A stretch of 64,000 nt of DNA from Mobula hypostoma (taxonomy: Eukaryota). Every line of letters begins with the position of its first letter. Within the stretch, counting starts at the first letter, position 1. Shown here in pieces: positions 23,601 to 35,977 of the stretch. Position numbers and translations under genes: made by a program. The notes beneath the pieces are model-generated. The model searched no databases. It saw only the letters and a program-made list of their open reading frames with translations, and had not been told where the DNA came from. The DNA lies in the NCBI RefSeq assembly GCF_963921235.1, contig NC_086118.1, positions 24,058,001 through 24,122,000 on the forward strand, in the 5' to 3' direction.

Positions 23601-24599
23601 AGCTAAGGATATGTATATGTACTACCAAGCCATGCTGATCTCTTTGGGAAACAGGAGAGACACCATAAATTCTGCCCCCAGGGACAGTTGTGCCATGTGT
23701 GTGGGCTATTGGATGGTAGAGAAAAGGAGGCACAATCTGGACCAGGAGCAAAGTGGGAGGTACTTGATTTCACCAACAGTTGATGTTTGGCTGAGTTGGC
23801 CAAAACGGGAGAGAAACTGGACAGTTGAACTGTGAAGGATCTGATGAAAGTGTACATAGTAGTCTCCAGCTGCAAAGCAGAACATTTCATTGGGATTGGG
23901 GTGCCCTAATGCTCCAAGACATTACATCTGGCACCAGGTCACACCCTCAATTCCAGTTGGAGAATATCAGTGCAACACAGGGCAGTATTTTCCTCTGTTG
24001 TCGCTGTATATAATACATAGGGAGGGGGCTTATTGTGGGGTTGTTCTTATTGGGTGTCAACAGCAGGGCAGCATCGCCGTGGCCTGCACTCAGTCAGACA
24101 TGGAAGGTTCAACTGCACAGAGAGTCCAACCCCAACAATTCACAAAGTCAAGATATGGGAAGAAACAGGACATGTGGCAACCAGAGCCTGCTCTGCCCAA
24201 TGCTGTATTTCATCCTTTGACTGCCCATTAGGGGAACAGGCATGAAAGGTATACATAGAGCAATGGACTCTGGAGACTATTAACATCCTTGATCAGTCAT
24301 CTTCAAAACTATCAGAATCCAGAACAAGCCCTTGTCCTACACTTGGGGGATACATTGATGGAATTAAGGCACAAAGTGAGTCAGCCATTAAACTTTAACA
24401 CCAAAAGCAGTAAGGTATAGTACTTCTTAAAAAACGCTTTTTTAATAAACCTTTAGTACTTGAAACTGACCTGAGTTATCCTTTAAGCATTCATTTCTCC
24501 ATGTACAACAATTAAAGTTAACCATCTTTACTACCCTGCTCTCTCTTTCATATCTGCAGCCCCTTTCTTTCTGGACCTCTCCCTGCCCCCAGAGCATCA

Positions 24600-25515
24600 G
24601 GTAGTCCATTACCCAGATCCAATATCACTGGCCTTCAGAGCCAATGAATTACCCTTTATCATTTCTGCCACGCAGCCAGATACTGCCACAAAATGTAAAT
24701 CGTCATCTCTCATCTCCTTACACCATTCCTAAGGGACAGCTTCCTCTGCAGGTCCATAGTTCACTCTTCCATGCCTTCGATGCCCACTCCCCTTCTCTCT
24801 GCACCCTCCCACATGACAATAGTACCTTCTCTTGTGCCTCTTCCCTTGCCACCATGCAGAGATTCAGACACTCTTTCCAGGTGAAGCAATACGTTGTCTC
24901 CTCATCAATGAATAAACCCGAACACGTTGGGTAACCACTAAGGACTCATTATTAGTTGTCTGAAATTACTGAATACACTGCCCAGTTTGAGTCAGAACTG
25001 ACCAATTCTGGTGAAATGTCATCAATCTGTAATTTAGTTTTTCTTCCTCCACAGATGTAACATGATTTTCAGCCTGTTTTTTAACTTCAGGTTTCTAGCA
25101 ACTGCACTATTCTGTATCACACAGCCCCAATACGTTATCGTTTTCTCTTTCTCCTTTATCCACATTCATCTTCCTTTGTTTATATCTTCTTCAGACAGAA
25201 TAGCTGTTAATAACAAACATCCATCAACCCTGTCTCAGCCAGCAACACTGTAGTTCAGTCTGGCAACACTACAAGTCCACTATTCAGTCTGTCTTGATTT
25301 TCATCCTATCACAGATATTCCCTTTGCCTCCTCATTTCCTCCCACCAACCAACCCTCCTTCTCCTTCCCATTTATCCCCATCTGCCGTTTAAAACATACC
25401 TGATTCCTAAGTTTTCCCAGTTCTGATGAAAGGTCATCAAACTGAAACATTAACTGTTTCTCTCTCCACAAATGCTGCTTGACCTGGTGAGTGTTTCAAG
25501 CATTTTCTGATTTTC
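24600..25515 (+). mobile_element. Old Penelope-like element fragments with hammerhead-bearing pseudo-LTR
   Basis: C-rich decayed body and terminal cagtt-CTGATGA-aaggtcatcaaact-GAAAC-att-aactg (25418-25456) followed by the tgctgcttgacctg..gagtg..agcattttctg tail. Confidence 0.6.
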
Positions 25516-26641
25516 AGTCAGTGGGAGGTTTTAAAGCTGCATTGTTCTGCACTGGTGGCATACACACAAGGGCACACATCTGACAAATGTACAACATCAT
25601 GTGGGTGGATATCAGTTCTCCTTTCAAAATTATTAAAACCTGAAACAATTTGCCACATGTAGGAGAAAGGAAACATCCACATTCTGTTCCAACCTCCATC
25701 ATGGTTCATAACCTCCGGTGATAATTTCCATACTGAACACCATTTACATTTACTAGACTATGATTTGATGGTGCATAAATTGCAAGTCTGAAATCCTCCC
25801 TTAGGAACTGTGGGAAAACATAATTTTAAAGGAATAAAATGTGTCTCTTATGTAGGCAGTAATATTTCCCTATATATATGAAGACATGGAGAAAAATATC
25901 CATAAATCTATTTCAAAAAGTAAAAGGTATTTCTTCAAACGTCAGTGATGCAAAATAGGAGAATTGATCCAAATCTGGATAGATTTCCCTCAGAAAATGG
26001 GCCTCTTGGAAAAAACGATGAATAGGTGATTTTTTTTTACAAATTAGATTTTCAAGTCTCCAACTGTCAGATAATAAAACAAGTCAATGCAACAGAAGAC
26101 CTTGACTAGAAGCTTTGTTGAAAGATATGGTCAGGTTCCTGGCACCAGTAATGACTATCAGCCAAAACACTCCTAGAGTAAAACAGAGACAAATTACACA
26201 GTGCGGCTTAATAAAAAACAATGTTTCACATTTGGCAAAACCTGTATTTCTGTGACCCTGTGTAATTCCTATCATGTTCGATATGAATGAAGGATTCAGC
26301 TGCGGTGATGTAATCACGTAGACAAAGGACAGAAAAATCTTACGGTCCAAGTTTAAAGATGTCCTAGAACAGGGTTTGCAAATAACAATGAATAAGTTAC
26401 ATGTACCCCATTAATTCTTGCAAATTAGTCCACTCGGTGACTTAATACATTTTGTGCTCATATTTTAAAATTGTTGTCTCACATGAATTTGAGAGACTGT
26501 GGACTTTCATTCATGTTAGTACATAAATCTTGAGTCTAATATTATTTTTTTTAAGATCAACAACTTGAGATACAAGCAAATCAATGGAAAAATTAAGGAC
26601 AACTTTATACTTGTCTTTATGCCATACTACCTAGCACAATT

Positions 26642-27277
26642 GAAGATTCAAAGAATCAAAGTACTTTTATTATCAAAGTATGAACAAGTTATACAACCTT
26701 GAGATCTGTCTGCTTACAAACAGCCACAGACCGTGAAACCTGAAAGAACCCAATTCAAAAAAGGAAAGACCAACACCCAATACCCAATGAAGAAGGAAAA
26801 AAAACACAAATCATTCAAACAATAGAAGCAAGCAACTGCATCCTAAACCAAATTGAGTCCAGAGACCCGAAACCTCAGAGGAACCGGAGTAGGCCTGAAA
26901 CCACTGTCTCAAGGTCATCATATAACCCATCAAAGCTTGCAGACATCAAGTGCATAGCAGCGGGAGCAGACTCACAGCCTAAATGCTATGGAAAGAGGAA
27001 TAAACATTGTGGGAGAGTGAGCAAAATCAGCCTGACCTTCACCTCTGGTCCCGCCACCCTGCCTTTCCAGTCCATCTGAGCCGGCGTTTAAATCATCCAA
27101 ACACTAGGCCGTACCCTAACGGGCCCCAACACAGGGTCTAGACTTCACTGCCCAGCCCAAAGCCGGTGGCGATCTCAACAAATCGGCTCAACGCCTACAG
27201 CAATCCAACCTTGGCCCTGATTTAGGTGGACGGGCACCAAAACTTTTCTGCCTCAACCCCCTCCTTCGAATCACTAG
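26642..27277 (-). mobile_element. Non-coding retroelement with Rex1-type tail, related to 13455-14272
   Basis: caaagtacttttattatcaaagtatg...tacaaccttgagat...cagccacaga parallels caaagtacatttattatcaaaata...tacaactctgagat...cagccgcaga at 13455-13530. Confidence 0.6.
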
Positions 27278-27460
27278 CTCCAACTCCATCTCCATCTCCA
27301 TCTCCATCTCCATCTCCATCTCCATCTCCATCTCCATCTCCATCTCCATCTCCATCTCCATCTCCAGCTCCATCTCCATCTCCATCTCCAGCTCCATCTC
27401 CAGCTCCATCTCCATCTCCATCTCCAACTCCAACTCCATCTCCATCTCCATCTCCATCTC
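27278..27460. repeat. (CTCCAT)n hexamer tandem array, ~30 units, with CTCCAA/CTCCAG variants
   Basis: Directly visible; it produces the spurious MEME/SPSP/WRWR ORFs. Confidence 0.98.
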
Positions 27461-27640
27461 AGAAACCACCTCAAACACGTTGTGCTCTGACTTTACAATG
27501 CACTAGCACGGATTAACCCTCACCTCTTCATTGTTTGCAACGATAGTATACCACAATTTACCTCATAAAATGTGCTAGTAATGATGTTTTTAGTCATATT
27601 ATTTGCCATCTGAACCGCCAGTAAGCTATCGCACAACTTC

Positions 27641-28404
27641 AGAAACATAGAAACATAGAAACATAGAAAATAGGTGCAGGAGTAGGCCATTCGGCCCTTC
27701 GAGCCTGCACCGCCATTTATTATGATCATGGCTGATCATCCAACTCAGAACCCTGCCCCAGCCTTCCCTCCATACCCCCTAATTCCCGTAGCCACAAGGG
27801 CCATATCTAACTCCCTCTTAAATATAGCCAATGAACTGGCCTCAACTGTTTCCTGTGGCAGAGAATTCCACAGATTCACCACTCTCTGTGTGAAGAAGTT
27901 TTTCCTAATCTCAGTCCTAAAAGGCTTCCCCTTTATCCTCAAACTGTGGCCCCTTGTTCTGGACTTCCCCAACATCGGGAACAATCTTCCTGCATGTAGC
28001 CTGTCCAATCCCTTTAGGATTTTATACGTTTCAATCCGATCCCCCCCTCAATCTTCTAAATTCCAACGAGTACAAGCCCAGTTCATCCAGTCTTTCTTCA
28101 TTTGAAAGTCCTGCCATCCCAGGAATCAATCTGGTGAACCTTCTTTGTACTCCCTCTATGGCAAGGATGTCTTTCCTCAGATTAGGGGACCAAAACTGCA
28201 CACAATACTCCAGGTGTGGTCTCACCAAGGCCTTGTACAACTGCAGTAGTACCTCCCTGCTCCTGTACTCGAATCCTCTCGCTATAAACGCCAGCATACC
28301 ATTCGCCTTTTTCACCGCCTGCTGTACCTGCAAGCCCACTTTCAATGACTGGTGTATAATGACACCCAGGTCTCGTTGCACCTCCCCTTTTCCTAATCGG
28401 CCAC
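27641..28404 (-). mobile_element. Young CR1 LINE 3' end
   Basis: Near-intact ORF2 C-terminus QRDLGV..LYKALVRPHLEYCVQFWSPNLRKD with one frameshift; perfect (TTTCTATG)n tail. Confidence 0.95.
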
Positions 28405-29397
28405 AAGCTTACACTGGAAGTAAGTGCAGGTTAAAAATCACACTGCATTTCCTGCCCTATTTAGGATGTAGTTCCTATTACTGCATCATGGTACTGAGGC
28501 ATTTGTAATGGGAAGATCATTTGGAGTGTACGTCAGGATACCATGATGGACATAGGACACCAGACCTAGAATAGGGTAGACTTAGATTATCCATTCTATA
28601 CAATTGTAGCTCTACTTGTAGTTTTTTTTGTGTGTGGTGCCAGAGGTGACGGTTTCCTCACAGATATTGTGAATCTCTGGGGTTCTAAGGCAGCCTGCCT
28701 GTCCTTTCTGCTCTGTGATTGCTTCCTGTTCCAGGCCTACCTGCCTTCCTCATGTGCTTCTTGGCTAAAACTTCCACAGCTTTTCCAAATTGTACTGGTC
28801 ACCATTATTTCTGAAGTTCACCAGCTTGTACAAGATTAATTGTGTACCTAAAAGAATTCTTTTTAGATTAAGTGTTCAATTGAAATCAGACTTAAGCTGG
28901 CTCCAGTGTTAGACAAAGCTCGAAGAGGCCGGAAAAACACAGTGAACTGGTGTTGGGGATAAACCCCAGAAATGAATGGGGACAGGGTCTTGAAATCCAT
29001 ACCCATTTAGTGCATAGTAATTCATGCATCTGTAGAATACACACATGAGCCAGAGCAGTCCCTGACGTTTTCAGACTACATGAATGAACAGAGCATTCTA
29101 ATGTCACCAGCGGCTGGTGGTACATGAAGACAGCCTTTTAAAGGCACAGTGCAGAGTGGCTGTATGAAATAGTAGCAGGCAGTTAAATGTGGGTTGGAAC
29201 TTAATCTGGCTACTTCATACAAAATTCCACACTTACAACACATGATGCACAAAGACACATTTTGATTTTCCATTGCACAGCTATTCAGAGCAATATGTAT
29301 CTGCAATAAAAGGCACTCTTCCACCAGGGCCTCTTCAAAAATCAATATTTGAAGATGGAGTTCAATGAGATACATTCCACTAATTAGTGGGAAAACC

Positions 29398-29595
29398 TCA
29401 CTGAACCCATGAATACTACCTCACTTTAAAAATGTTCTGTTTTTGCACTACTTTTAACTATTTTATATATATTTTGAAATACAGATTTTATTTTATAATA
29501 AAATAGTATAGTGGCAACACTATAATATATCGTTGCCACTAGGTTAACAAATTTCACATGTGCAGGTGAAATTAAACCTGATTCTGATTCCTGAT
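29398..29595 (+). mobile_element. Rex1/Babar-type LINE 3' UTR
   Basis: tgaacccatgaatactacctcact...aaatttcacatgtgcaggtgaaattaaacctgattctgattc. Confidence 0.7.
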
Positions 29596-30324
29596 TAACG
29601 TTAGCTGAAGGCTTTGTAATTTCCATAAACCCTTTAAAATGGAAGTCACAATCATTTTATCCAATCAGAAGTGAATCTCCTTGGCTACAATTTTACATGG
29701 ATCTTGTTGTTTTAGTATTTTTTTTGAAAACTTACTGTACGCACACAGAATTTAAATTTTTGACCTTTCTCCATTGTTCTTTTTACTAAAACACTTTTTT
29801 ATATGAAGATCAAGAATAGAAAATAGTAGTCTTTTCTTCATGATTGCTGGCAGCATCTATTTGAAGCATATTATTTTAATCAGGAAGTCCTGATATTAAA
29901 TGTGATCTCTGAGACAAACACTCAGGGTTTGTACCGCACCTGAAGCAGAAAAGTCAGATGATTCAGTCATTCCTGAGAGAAACATTCTCCGAGTCCAGAT
30001 GTTTATCCAAATTAACACATTATTAGTTCAGTATTCCTGACAGTCCAGTGGCCGAAACATATCCATTTTACTTAGCAATCCATGAGAAGGAGGGAACTTG
30101 CTTGTATTATTTTGATGTACTTCTATTCTCTAACAGTTTAAGAACTTGCTCCAAGGCATGAAAAGCGTTTCTGAGGGTCACTAGTAGTATTGGTAGAAGC
30201 AGAAATATTAAATACTTAGTGGAATGTTAGGTGCAGGTATATTGTAAGAATAATGTGAATTACTGAGTCCACTTATTCTCGGTGCAGGGGTACGCAGTGA
30301 CTCAATTCTGGAATATATTTTTGA

Positions 30325-30470
30325 CACTTGGACTTCTGCAGATGCTAGAAATCCAGAGTAACACACACAGAATACGTAGGTGGGGAAAGGGTGGGGGGAA
30401 GGAGTTCAAGTTCAAATGTAATAGGAGAAGCTGGTTGGGGGGGAAGGTAGGTGGTGGGGGAGTGATAGGC
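30325..30470 (-). mobile_element. Penelope pseudo-LTR fragment
   Basis: tctgcagatgctagaaatccagagtaacacacacagaat plus a G-rich segment, as in 58710-59000. Confidence 0.55.
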
Positions 30471-30585
30471 ATTTTTGACACAGGTATTGCAGAATCATAA
30501 CTCTCAAAGACTCTAATAATACCATATTTAGAACCTAATGAGTATCTATACACATCTAAAAAGAGCGGAGGCATATGATTGTTAC

Positions 30586-33263
30586 AGAGTCATAGAACAG
30601 TACAGCACAGAAACAGGCCCTTCGGCCCATATAGTCCATTGCAAAATCTTTTAAACTGCCTAATCTTATCAACCTGCAACAGGACCATAGTCCTCCAAAC
30701 CCCTACTATCCATGTACCTATTCAAACTTTGCTTAATCGCTGAAATCGAGCTCACCTGTGCTAGCAGCTCATTCCACACTCCCACGACCCTCTGAGTTTC
30801 CCCTCATGTTCCCCTGAAACTTTTCACCTTTCACCCTTAACCCATGGCCTCTGGTTGTAGTCCCACCCAACCTCAGTGGAAAAAGCCCACTTGCATTTAC
30901 CCTATCTATACACCTCATAATTTTGAACATCTTAACCAAAACTCCTCTCAATCTCCTATGTTCTAAGGAATAAAGCCCTAACCTATTCAATCTTTCCTTA
31001 TAACTCAAGTCCTCCAGACCTTGCAACATCCATGTACATTTTCTCTGCACTCTTTCAAACTTATTTAATTTTCTGTAGGTAGGTGGCCAAAACTGCACAC
31101 AATACTCCAAATTAGGCCTCATACAACTTTAACATTGCATCCCTTCTCCTCTACTCAATACATTGATTTATGAAGATCAATGTACCAGAAACGTTCTTTA
31201 TGAACCTATGTACCTGTGACACCACTTTCAATGAATTATGGACCTCTATTCCCAGATCCCTTTGTTCTACAGCACTCCTCAGTGCCATGCTGTTCACTGT
31301 GCAAGACCTACCCTGGCTGATCCTACCTAAGTGCAAAACCTCACACTTGTCTGCATTAAGTTCCATTTGCCATTTTTCTGCCCATTTTTCCAACTGATGC
31401 AGATCACTCTGCAAACCACGATAGCCTTCCTCACTGTCCACTACAATCCCAATATTGGTGTAATCCACAAATCCGTTTAACTACATTATTATCCAGATCA
31501 TTGATGTAGATGACAAATAGCAATGGATCCAGCATCGATGCCTGCTGCACACTACTAGTCACAGACCCCTAGACAAAGAGGCAACCCTCTATTACCACTC
31601 TCTGGCTTCTCCCACAAAGCCAATGTCTGATCCAATTTATTACCTCATCCTGAATGCTGAGCAATGGAACCTTCTTGGCCAATATCCCATGCAGGACCTA
31701 GTCAAAACCCTTGCTAAAGCCAATGCAGACAACATCCACTGCCTTGCCTTCATCCACTTTCCTGGCAACTTCCTTGAAAAACTCTATAAGATTGGTTAGA
31801 CATGACATTGCATGCTCAAAACTATATTGACTATCCTTGTTCACGTCTATCCAAATACTTGTATTTTCAGTCTCTTAGAATACCTTCCAATAACTTTTCC
31901 ACAGCTGATGTCAGACACTCCGGCTTATAATTTCCTGGTTTATGTTTAGAGCATTTCTTTATCAGTGGAACAACATTGACTATCCTCCAATATTCAGGTA
32001 TCTCTCCTGTTGCTAAGGATGATTTAAGTATCTCTGCTAGGGCCCTGGCAATTTCTGAACTTGCTTCCTGTAGAGTCTGAGGGAACATCTTGTCAGACCC
32101 TGGGGATTTATCCACCCTGATTTGCCTCAGGACAGCAAACACCTCCTCCTCTGTGATCTGTACAAGGTCCATGAAGATGATGTCACTTTGCCTCGCTTCT
32201 ATAGACTCTGTTTCTGTCTCCTGAGTAAATACAGATACAAACAATTTATTTAAGATCTTTCCCCATCTGTTTTGGCTCCACACATGGATTATCATTTTGA
32301 TCTTCCAGAGGACCAATTTTGCCCCTTACAATCCTTTGCTCTTAACATATCTGTAGAATCCCTTAGGATTCTCCTTCAACTTGTCTGATAGGGAAACCCC
32401 ATGCCTTCTTTTAGCCCTCCTGATTTCTTCCTTAAGTATTCACTTCTATTTCTTATACACTGTAAGCACCTCAGTTATCCCTACTTGCCTATACCTGCTC
32501 TGTGCCTCCTTGTTTTCTTAACCAGTGCCTCAATATGTCTTGAAAACCAAGGTTTCCTACACTTGTTATATTACTTTTTATTCTGACAGGCTTTGAATCT
32601 CAAAATTTCACTTTTGGAGGTCTCCCACTTACCAAGTACACCTTTGCCAGAAAACAGTCTGTCCCAATCCACCCTTGCCAAATCATTTCTGAATCCATCA
32701 ACTAGGTCTTTCTCCAACTTAGAATCTCAATCCATGGACCAGACCACAAACAAGAGAAAACCAACAGATGCTTGAAATCCAAGCAACACACACCAAATGC
32801 TGGAGGAACTCAGCAGGCCAGGCAGCATCTAGATGTGTTTCCATATACAAACTCCTATTACTTGCCCTGTCTTATTCCCTAGTAGCAGATTAAGCATTGT
32901 ACACTGTCTCATTGTAACTTCTACATACTGATTAAGAAAACTTTCCTGAACACCTTTGACAAACTCTATCCCATCTAGTCCTTTTATAGCGTGGGTGTCC
33001 CAGTCAATACGTGCAAAGTTAAAATCACCCACGGTAACAGCCTTGTGCTTCTTACAACAGTCTGTGATCTCTCTACAAATCTGTTCCACTGTTGGGCAGG
33101 CAGTCATATAGCCCCATTGACATGGTCATACCTTTCTTATTTCTCAATTCCACCTATAGTGCCTCATTAGTCGAGTTTTCCAGTCTGCCCTGATGGAGCA
33201 CTGCCGTGACATTTTCTCTGATTAGTAACGCCTCTCCTCCTCTTTAATCCCTCCTGCTCTGTC
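30586..33263 (-). mobile_element. CR1 LINE (endonuclease end to 3' UTR), decayed
   Basis: VGDFNFARIDW, DKSPGSD..YWRIVNVVPLIKK, LEKWAEKWQMELNADKCEVLH, RPNLEYCVQFW; interrupted by a Penelope pseudo-LTR piece at 32743-32831. Confidence 0.93.
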
Positions 33264-34009
33264 CTTCATGTGTTACCAGATCTGGCTGGACCACATGAAT
33301 TGTCATCAGTTCCCACTGGTAATCATGGAAATCTCATTGTGAGGTTCACTTTGACTCTATTTTTACAAAACTTTTTGGCAGATAATTATTCTTCAAGACC
33401 TCATACTAGTTATGAGTGAAAATGGCACCCCGCCCATTCCCCATCACAAAATCCATCTTCAGTCCTGCCCCAACTCTGAAGTTCTCAAGGATAATTAATG
33501 TGATATCCAGCGTACGTGTTTGTGAGGAACAAAAAGAATTAGAGAGCTGGTGACTTTAGCACTATTCAGCATCCCTGTTTATGTAGTGAAACATCCTAAG
33601 GCGCTTCAAAAAACCTCTGGGCCACAAGATGAGAGGCACTCTAAGATGCTTTGGGTAATTATATGTTGTACTACTGATTATTTGATGGTACTTTCACTGG
33701 AATCTTTAGCAACAGTTGAATTTTGGGTACCATAAAACAATCTTCATGTGCTTGGAGTTCAGGAAAACATGGTATCTATGATGAGCATGATATCTGTGAG
33801 AGATTCAGGACTGATGATTGCAGGGGGGCGCTTATTTGAAGCCAGGTGCTGTAAGGGATGACTAGACTTTGAGACCTTGTGTTAAAAGGGGTGGGGCTGA
33901 CCTGTTGGAGTACTGGTGTAGGCTGGACTGATGGAAGCATTGGAAGGGGCAATGGAGGGAAATCAGGGTCTTAGGGAACTTGGGGATCAAGCTGCTGGGA
34001 TGTTTTGTC

Positions 34010-34286
34010 ATGAGATCGAAAGGACTTGTGAAGATGGACTGTGCTGTAAGATCAGTGTGGTAAACCTGGTGGTGTGGGTATTAAGGGTCTTGTACCATCC
34101 TCCTGATGGCAGCAGTATGAGGAGAGCACGGCCTGTGCGGTGGGTGTCCCTGATGATGGATACGGCTTTCCTGCAACAGCACTCTGTGCAGGTGTGCTCA
34201 GTGGCGGGGAGGGCTTTACCTGTGATGGACTGGACCGTATCCACTACCTTTTGTAGGATTTTCTGTTCAAGGGCTTTGGTGTTTCC
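34010..34286 (-). mobile_element. Rex1/Babar-type LINE fragment
   Basis: DTVQSITGKALPATEH..CCRKAVSIIRDTH..LPSGG. Confidence 0.8.
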
Positions 34287-35050
34287 TTCTATGAATGGAT
34301 CTTTGCCGTGAAACCATAGGCTCTTATCTTGTTGAGCAGCCTCATGCGTGGCATCTTGTCAAAGGCTTTCTGAAAATCCAAGTAAACAACATCCACTGGC
34401 TCTCCTTTGTGAATCCTACTGTTTGGGGCCTGTATACATATAGCTCCCATCAGGGTATTTTAAGCCTTGCAGTTTCTTAATTCTACCCACAAAGATTCTA
34501 TATCTTTGGATCTTTTCTTACCTATTCCTAAGGATTTGCTTTAATTTTTTTTAACCAAAAGAACCACCCCATCCTCTGCTTATATGCATCACCTTTTGAT
34601 ACAATGTGGATCCTTGGATATTACGCTCCCAACTATGATCTTCTTTCAGCCACGTCTCAGTGATGCCCACAACGTCATACCTTCCAATCTCTAACCATGC
34701 TACAAGATCATCTACCTTATTCCATATAGGGTGTGGATTCAAATATAACACCTTCAGTCCTCTACTCATCACCCTTATTGATTTTTCCCCCATGTTACAC
34801 TTCAACGCATACCACTGACTGCAATTTTGCTCAATCATCTGTCTGTCCTTCCTCACAGCCTCACTACACATTGAATCAGCTTTTTATACCAACTGCCCTA
34901 TCCTCAGTCCTTTCACTCTGGTTCCCATCCATCTACCAAGTTAATTTAAGACCTCCCCCAACAGCTCCAGCAAACCTGTTTGCAACGATATTGCCCTTGG
35001 GTTCCGGTGTAACCCGTCTTTTTTTTGTACACATCACACCTTCCCCAGAG
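34287..35050 (-). mobile_element. CR1 fragments (5' region/APE endonuclease joined to an RT piece by internal deletion)
   Basis: LKVLYLN..NKVDDL..YDVVGITETWL (APE N-terminus); 34290-34400 encodes the DFQKAFDK region. Confidence 0.85.
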
Positions 35051-35345
35051 CTTAAGAACTTTGCAGGTAAAGGTGTGACAGCCAGGAATGGAAAGGGCAA
35101 ATTCAAGGACAGGAAAAAGCCAGTATAATCGAAAATCAGGTCATTTTTTAAACAGGAGCCAAAGCAGATCAATAAGCATAGAGGTGATGGGTTAACAGGA
35201 AACCTAATGAAGGTCAGGACTCCAGCAGCACAGTTATGTATGAGTGTATTTCATGGATGAAGGTATCAGCAGCGGATGAGGTGGGACAAGAGCAGTTCTG
35301 GATAATTGATCTGACATGGAAACAAATATGTCTTGTAACATTCCA

Positions 35346-35977
35346 CAATGTGTGATCAAGATCGGAAACACAAACATCAAACGAGTCAACAAATTCAAAT
35401 ATCTTGGCAGCCTAATAACAAGTAATGGCAGGTGTGACACAGATATCAAATACAGAATAGCAATGGTGAAAGAAGCTTTCCAAAAAATGAAGACCATATT
35501 AACAGACAGAAAGATGAACACATATGCTAAAAACAGAATACTGCAGTGCTACATTTATTCTATCCTGACTTATGGAAGTGAATGCTGGACCATTTCTCCA
35601 GCAATGGAAAAGAGACTAGAAGCAGCTGAATTATTGTTCTACAGGAGAATGTTAAAAATATCATGGACCACACACACATCAAATGACGAAGCTCTCAGAA
35701 GAGCCCAAGCAGTTCGATCACTCATACCAACAATAAGAGAAAGACAACTCAGATTCCTAGGACACATCATGCGGAAAGATGAGCTAGAAAAACTCATACT
35801 CTCTGGAAAGATTGAGGGGAGCAAACCTAGAGGAAGACCTTGGCTTATGTACATCAAAAGCATGGCCAGGTGGCTACACATCGAGGAAATGGAAGTCATC
35901 CAAAACGAAGGATAGATCTGCATGGAAAACCATGGTCACTAAAGTCCACATCGGATATGGTACCCAGACAGACAGGC
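35346..35977 (+). mobile_element. RTE LINE 3' end, 5'-truncated, well preserved
   Basis: Open frame VNKFKYLGSLIT..LTYGSECWT..RRMLKISW..RERQLRFLGHIMR..GKIEGSKPRGRP; (CAGA)n tail; 9-bp TSD aacattcca (35337-35345 and 35978-35986). Confidence 0.93.

Noticed and set aside
27188..27516. ORFs encoding poly(ME), poly(SP) and poly(WR)
   Set aside because: By-products of the stop-free hexamer array; no gene context.
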